DNA of 34,394 nucleotides from an uncultured Bacilli bacterium (GTDB lineage Bacteria; Bacillota_I; Bacilli_A; RF39; UBA660): NCBI GenBank assembly GCA_944350305.1, contig CALVOO010000003.1, positions 1 to 34,394 of the forward strand, read 5' to 3'. Shown piece by piece: positions 30,287 to 34,394 of this stretch (position 1 is its first letter; each line of letters starts with the position of its first letter). The notes under the pieces were generated by a model. It saw only the letters and a program-made list of their open reading frames with translations, ran no database searches and was not told where the DNA came from. The position numbers and the translations under genes were made by a program.

Positions 30287-30314
30287 ATAATATCACTTTT
30301 TTATGATTTGTCAA
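30287..30314 (-). promoter_or_regulatory. Probable sigma-A promoter for the recombinase leader
   Basis: TTGACA (30314..30309), 16 bp, TGa-TATTAT (30292..30287). Confidence 0.5.
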
Positions 30315-30362
30315 TTTCCTGATTAGGGAATAGTAGTATTAGTGAAGTTGATATTTAAATAA

Positions 30363-30638
30363 CTATTTAATCTTTTTTATATAATCTTCTAAATCTTTTA
30401 TCTCAATAGAGTTTGATAGATTATTTATATATAATATTTTAGAATAATTAAATACTGGAAAAGTTATTCCTTTAATAATAACTCTATGTGGTTCAATATA
30501 AGATAGATTAGTATGTTCTATATTTCTGATATTTCCATTAATTATTTTAGGTTTAGTATTACAAAAATCACATATAAATTCAATTTTCTTTTTTAATTCA
30601 TAATCAAACTCTAACGGTTTACTAACAATATTAATCAT
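30363..30638 (-). CDS. 91-aa hypothetical protein of the island
   Basis: Intact ORF with RBS AAGGA and protein-like composition, includes a CxxC; no family recognised. Confidence 0.65.
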   Translation of the reverse strand: MINIVSKPLEFDYELKKKIEFICDFCNTKPKIINGNIRNIEHTNLSYIEPHRVIIKGITFPVFNYSKILYINNLSNSIEIKDLEDYIKKIK

Positions 30639-30660
30639 AAAATCTGTCCTTTCTTAACAC

Positions 30661-30697
30661 AAAAAAATATCAACTTCATTTAGAAATTGATATTTTC
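30661..30697 (-). terminator. Island-supplied terminator downstream of tRNA-Cys
   Basis: Minus strand AAAATATCAATTTC-TAAAT-GAAGTTGATATTTT plus T run. Confidence 0.7.
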
Positions 30698-30715
30698 TAT
30701 ATTAAGTTCAAACAT

Positions 30716-30743
30716 AAAAGTTCGAACAGGTTTCCCAATGGAG
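30716..30743. repeat. att site, tRNA-proximal end
   Basis: AAAAGTTCGAACAGGTTTCCCA-ATGGAG overlapping the tRNA CCA end. Confidence 0.65.
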
Positions 30744-30813
30744 GATCCGGCCGGAGTCGAACCGGCGATCGGGGAGTTGCAGTCCCATGCCTTAGCCTCT
30801 TGGCTACGGATCC
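30739..30813 (-). tRNA. tRNA-Cys(GCA)
   Basis: GGATCCG/CGGATCC acceptor stem, anticodon loop CT-GCA-AC, GGTTCGACTCC T arm, U73 discriminator, encoded CCA; 75 nt. Confidence 0.98.
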
Positions 30814-30823
30814 ATTTATATAT

Positions 30824-30852
30824 ATTTTAAAATATGTGATTTTCTATGTCAA
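30824..30852 (-). promoter_or_regulatory. Sigma-A promoter of tRNA-Cys
   Basis: TTGACA-17bp-TAAAAT on the minus strand. Confidence 0.8.
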
Positions 30853-30931
30853 GTTTTATATTAATAAGATATGCGTAAATGCCGGTTTAATTAACTAGTT
30901 TTTTGTGTTAAAATGTAATAGGTGATAGTAA

Positions 30932-32383
30932 TTGAAAAAGTTTTGTTGTAATTTATGTGGATATATTTATGAATGTGAGGAATTACCTCTAGATTTTGTT
31001 TGTCCAGTTTGTGGTGTTGATTATTCTAATTTTAATATATACATGGAGAATAAGGTAGATAAAAAAGTAAAAATTAGTGTGAATAACCCTTCTATTTATA
31101 GGGTTAATGAAAAATGTATAAATTGTGGTCAGTGTAAAGATACTTGTGAAAATAAGGTCGGTATTAAATATGACTTTGATAAATCGCAAGAAGTAATATG
31201 TATAAATTGTGGTCAGTGTATTTTAGGTTGTCCGGCTGGGGCTCTAGTGCCAAAGTATAATTATAAAGAAGTTGATTCTATTATTAATAATAACGAAAAG
31301 ACTGTAATTGCGATTACTGCGCCTGCTGTTAGAGTTAGTTTGGGTGAAGAGTTTGGCTTAGATTCAGGTGCTTTTGTTGAAGGTAAAATGGTGAGTTCTC
31401 TTAAGATGTTGGGTTTTGATTATGTATTTGATGTTACATTTGGCGCTGATATGACAATAATGGAAGAGGTAAGTGAATTAATAGAACGTGTTAATAATAA
31501 TGGTAAGTTACCTATTTTTACTAGTTGCTGCCCTTCTTGGGTAAAATATGCGGAAATTTTTCATCCTGAATTGGTTTCTAATTTGTCCACTACTAAAAGT
31601 CCAATTGCTATTCATAGTATGCTGATAAAAAAATATTTTTCTAAATTGAAAGGCATTGATGAAAATGATATTGTGATTGTTGCTATTACACCTTGTACTG
31701 CAAAGAAAATGGAGGCTTCTAGAGAAGAACTTTATGGCACAGATTTTGTTTTGACTACTAGTGAATTGGCAATTTATATTAGAGAAAAAGATATTGATTT
31801 TAATAACTTGGTTGATTCTAAGTTTGACGAATTTATGGGCAAAGGTTCTGGCGGTGGTGTTATTTTTGGCAACAGTGGTGGAGTAATGGAATCTGCTGTT
31901 AGAACTTTAAATTATTTTGTGACTGGTGAAAAGATTAGTAATGAAAAATTGGAAAATTTGAAACAATTACATGGGCAAGAGGATTTTAAAGAAACTTCTA
32001 TTGAAATAGGAAATAAGATTTATAATTTGGCAGTAGTTTGTAGTATGCCTGCTTTGGAAAATTTTTTGATAAATATGAAACATTCTTCTAAACAATATCA
32101 TTTTGTTGAAGTTATGAATTGTCCTGGTGGTTGTATTGGCGGTGGCGGACAGCCTTTAAAGTCTATTGCTAAGTTGCATGAGATTAGAAATAAAAGAATT
32201 GAATCTTTATATAATGATGACGCTAGTTTGAATGTTAAAAGTAGTTTTGAAAATCCGGATGTTAAAAAAGTTTACAGTGAATATTTAGATTGGCCTTTAA
32301 GTGAGAAATCTGAGGAACTTTTACATACAAGATATTTTGATAAAAGTAATTTGTTGAATAAAGAAATTATTAATGTTAAATAG
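30932..32383 (+). CDS. hydA: [FeFe]-hydrogenase (group A-like) with N-terminal rubredoxin-like and 2x[4Fe-4S] domains
   Basis: H-cluster motifs FTSCCPSW, TPCTAKKME, EVMNCPGGCIGGGGQP; CNLCGY..CPVCG; two CINCGQC...C; C-terminal LLHT.Y. Confidence 0.93.
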   Translation: MKKFCCNLCGYIYECEELPLDFVCPVCGVDYSNFNIYMENKVDKKVKISVNNPSIYRVNEKCINCGQCKDTCENKVGIKYDFDKSQEVICINCGQCILGCPAGALVPKYNYKEVDSIINNNEKTVIAITAPAVRVSLGEEFGLDSGAFVEGKMVSSLKMLGFDYVFDVTFGADMTIMEEVSELIERVNNNGKLPIFTSCCPSWVKYAEIFHPELVSNLSTTKSPIAIHSMLIKKYFSKLKGIDENDIVIVAITPCTAKKMEASREELYGTDFVLTTSELAIYIREKDIDFNNLVDSKFDEFMGKGSGGGVIFGNSGGVMESAVRTLNYFVTGEKISNEKLENLKQLHGQEDFKETSIEIGNKIYNLAVVCSMPALENFLINMKHSSKQYHFVEVMNCPGGCIGGGGQPLKSIAKLHEIRNKRIESLYNDDASLNVKSSFENPDVKKVYSEYLDWPLSEKSEELLHTRYFDKSNLLNKEIINVK

Positions 32384-32412
32384 ACTAAGTCATATATTTA
32401 AATGGAGGAATT

Positions 32413-34394
32413 ATGTTAGAACTAAAAAATATAAGTAAAGTTTATGTAACCGATGCTTTTAAGCAAAATGCACTTGATGGAGTGAATATTATGTTTAGAA
32501 AAAGTGAGTTTGTTAGTATATTAGGCCCAAGTGGCAGTGGAAAAACAACTCTCTTAAATATAATTGGCGGATTGGATAAGTATACAAATGGCGATCTTTT
32601 AATTGATGGTATAAGTACTAAGAAATATAATGATAGGGATTGGGATACTTATAGAAATCATAGAATTGGTTTTGTTTTCCAAAATTATAATTTAATTGCG
32701 CATCAAAGTATTTTATCTAATGTTGAGCTTGCACTTACTCTATCTGGGGTGGATAAAAAGTCTAGGAGAAAAAAAGCGATTGAAGTATTAAATAAGGTTG
32801 GTTTAAAAGATCATATTTATAAAAAACCTAACCAGTTGAGTGGTGGACAAATGCAAAGAGTTGCAATAGCTCGCGCTCTTATCAATGATCCTGATATATT
32901 ACTTGCTGATGAACCTACGGGTGCTTTGGATACTAAAACTAGTAAACAAATAATGGATATTTTAAAGGATATTTCTAATGATAGGCTAATAATTATGGTA
33001 ACTCATAATTCTGAACTTGCTATGGAATATTCTACTAGAATTATAAACTTATTGGATGGTAAAATTACTAATGACTCCAATGCATATAATTTTAGCAAAG
33101 AAAAAGTATCTTCTAATATTAATCGTAAGACTTTTATGTCATTTTTAACTGCTTTAAGTTTAAGTATGAATAATCTTATGACTAAAAAGGGAAGAACTAC
33201 TTTAACTGCATTTGCTGGATCTATCGGCATTATTGGTATTGCTTTAATATTGTCGCTTTCTAATGGTGTTCAAGAATATATAAATGGTGTTGAAGAAGAA
33301 ACTCTTGCAAGCTATCCGATTACAATTCAAGAAGAAACTATTGAGCTAGCCGATTTCATGTTAACTTTAAAAAATAATAATAAAATTAATGATTATGATG
33401 AAAATAAAATATACTCAAATAATATTATGACTAATATGATGAGTACTATGTCTGCTAAGGTTCAAAGTAATAATTTGGAAGAATTTAAAAATTATATTGA
33501 AAATGGTGAATCAAGTTTGTTTGATTATTCGTCAGCAATTAGTTATTCCTATAATTTAGATTTGCAAATTTTTAAAGATGAAACAGAAAATATAGTTCAA
33601 GTTAATCCAAATGATGTTCTTGATAAAATTGGTATGGGAAATATGAATATGATGTATATGTCAACAAGTGTATTTGCAGAGTTGTTTGATAATGCTGAGA
33701 TGAATAATGAAATGTATGAGGTTGTTTCTGGTAGATGGCCTCAAAAATATAATGAAGTTGTTCTGCTTGTTGATGAAAATAACCAAATTATGGATTACAC
33801 CCTTTATGCTTTGGGTTTAAAAGATAGTTCTGAACTTAGTGATATGTATGATAAGATTTTGAAAGGTGAAGAATTTGAGGTTAATAATGACATTTATAAT
33901 GTCGATGATTTTATTGGGATGAAATTTAAATTCTTGTTAAATTCTGATTATTATGTTAAAGAAAATAATATTTGGATCAATAAAAGAAATAACGAAGAGT
34001 TTTTAAAAGATAAACTTAGCGATGCGGAAGAACTAATTATTACTGGCATTATAAAACCTTCTGAAGGTTCTTTAATAAATCAAACTTCTGGTGGAATTCT
34101 TTATTTAAAGGATTTAAAGGAATATGTTATTAATAAAATTAATGATTCTGAGATTGCTAAAGATCAAATTAATAATCCTGATATAAATGTTTTTACTGGA
34201 AAAGAATTTAATAATGATAAATTTGATATGAGTTCTTTGTCTTCTGAACAACTCGCTTATTTGCAAAGTTTATCACCTACTGAAATGGCCGAAGTTATTG
34301 AAAATTTTAAAAATCAGGCTGGGATTACTTATGAGGAGGTTCTTTCTCAAATTGGAATAATAGATTTAAGTAAACCTTCTGCTATTAATATTTA
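32413..34394 (+). CDS. MacB/FtsX-like fused ABC ATPase-permease, truncated by the window end (absent from the ORF track)
   Basis: ATG 32413 after GGAGG; [46 protein letters not shown], then [23 protein letters not shown]. Confidence 0.93.
   Translation, partial: MLELKNISKVYVTDAFKQNALDGVNIMFRKSEFVSILGPSGSGKTTLLNIIGGLDKYTNGDLLIDGISTKKYNDRDWDTYRNHRIGFVFQNYNLIAHQSILSNVELALTLSGVDKKSRRKKAIEVLNKVGLKDHIYKKPNQLSGGQMQRVAIARALINDPDILLADEPTGALDTKTSKQIMDILKDISNDRLIIMVTHNSELAMEYSTRIINLLDGKITNDSNAYNFSKEKVSSNINRKTFMSFLTALSLSMNNLMTKKGRTTLTAFAGSIGIIGIALILSLSNGVQEYINGVEEETLASYPITIQEETIELADFMLTLKNNNKINDYDENKIYSNNIMTNMMSTMSAKVQSNNLEEFKNYIENGESSLFDYSSAISYSYNLDLQIFKDETENIVQVNPNDVLDKIGMGNMNMMYMSTSVFAELFDNAEMNNEMYEVVSGRWPQKYNEVVLLVDENNQIMDYTLYALGLKDSSELSDMYDKILKGEEFEVNNDIYNVDDFIGMKFKFLLNSDYYVKENNIWINKRNNEEFLKDKLSDAEELIITGIIKPSEGSLINQTSGGILYLKDLKEYVINKINDSEIAKDQINNPDINVFTGKEFNNDKFDMSSLSSEQLAYLQSLSPTEMAEVIENFKNQAGITYEEVLSQIGIIDLSKPSAINI

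Noticed and set aside
31114-31220. 23-nt exact direct repeat ATGTATAAATTGTGGTCAGTGTA at 31114 and 31198
   Set aside because: Encodes the two CINCGQC ferredoxin motifs; explained by protein constraint and codon bias, not a CRISPR or DGR repeat

Overview
This is a very AT-rich chromosomal window using the standard genetic code (TGA serves as stop). It most likely comes from a small-genome, Firmicutes/Bacilli-type anaerobe; the taxonomy is an inference. Most of it is housekeeping: hsp20 with a CIRCE operator, tRNA-Asn, glyA, tsaE/tsaB/rimI-tsaD, cotJ genes, a minimal SufC/SufB pair, TetR plus an acyl-CoA ligase, a Ca2+ P-type ATPase, an RNB nuclease, a rubredoxin-[FeFe]-hydrogenase and ABC transporters. 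The stand-out is a ~6.7 kb island (24018-30743) inserted in the 3' CCA end of tRNA-Cys and bounded by an ATGGAG core with imperfect inverted arms. Its mobility module is wrecked: a frameshifted serine recombinase is fused by deletion to a Mob-like tail. It still carries an intact 1674-aa gene with ~143-aa tandem repeats (one a recent 429-bp duplication), a possible ADP-ribosyltransferase-like domain, and a C-terminal Pol-beta nucleotidyltransferase resembling class I CCA-adding/OAS/CD-NTase enzymes. This is my best candidate for an undescribed single-gene conflict/defence or RNA-modifying system. A candidate orphan ~75-nt three-hairpin sRNA lies at 2100-2175. All domain calls are from motif reading by eye; no searches were run.
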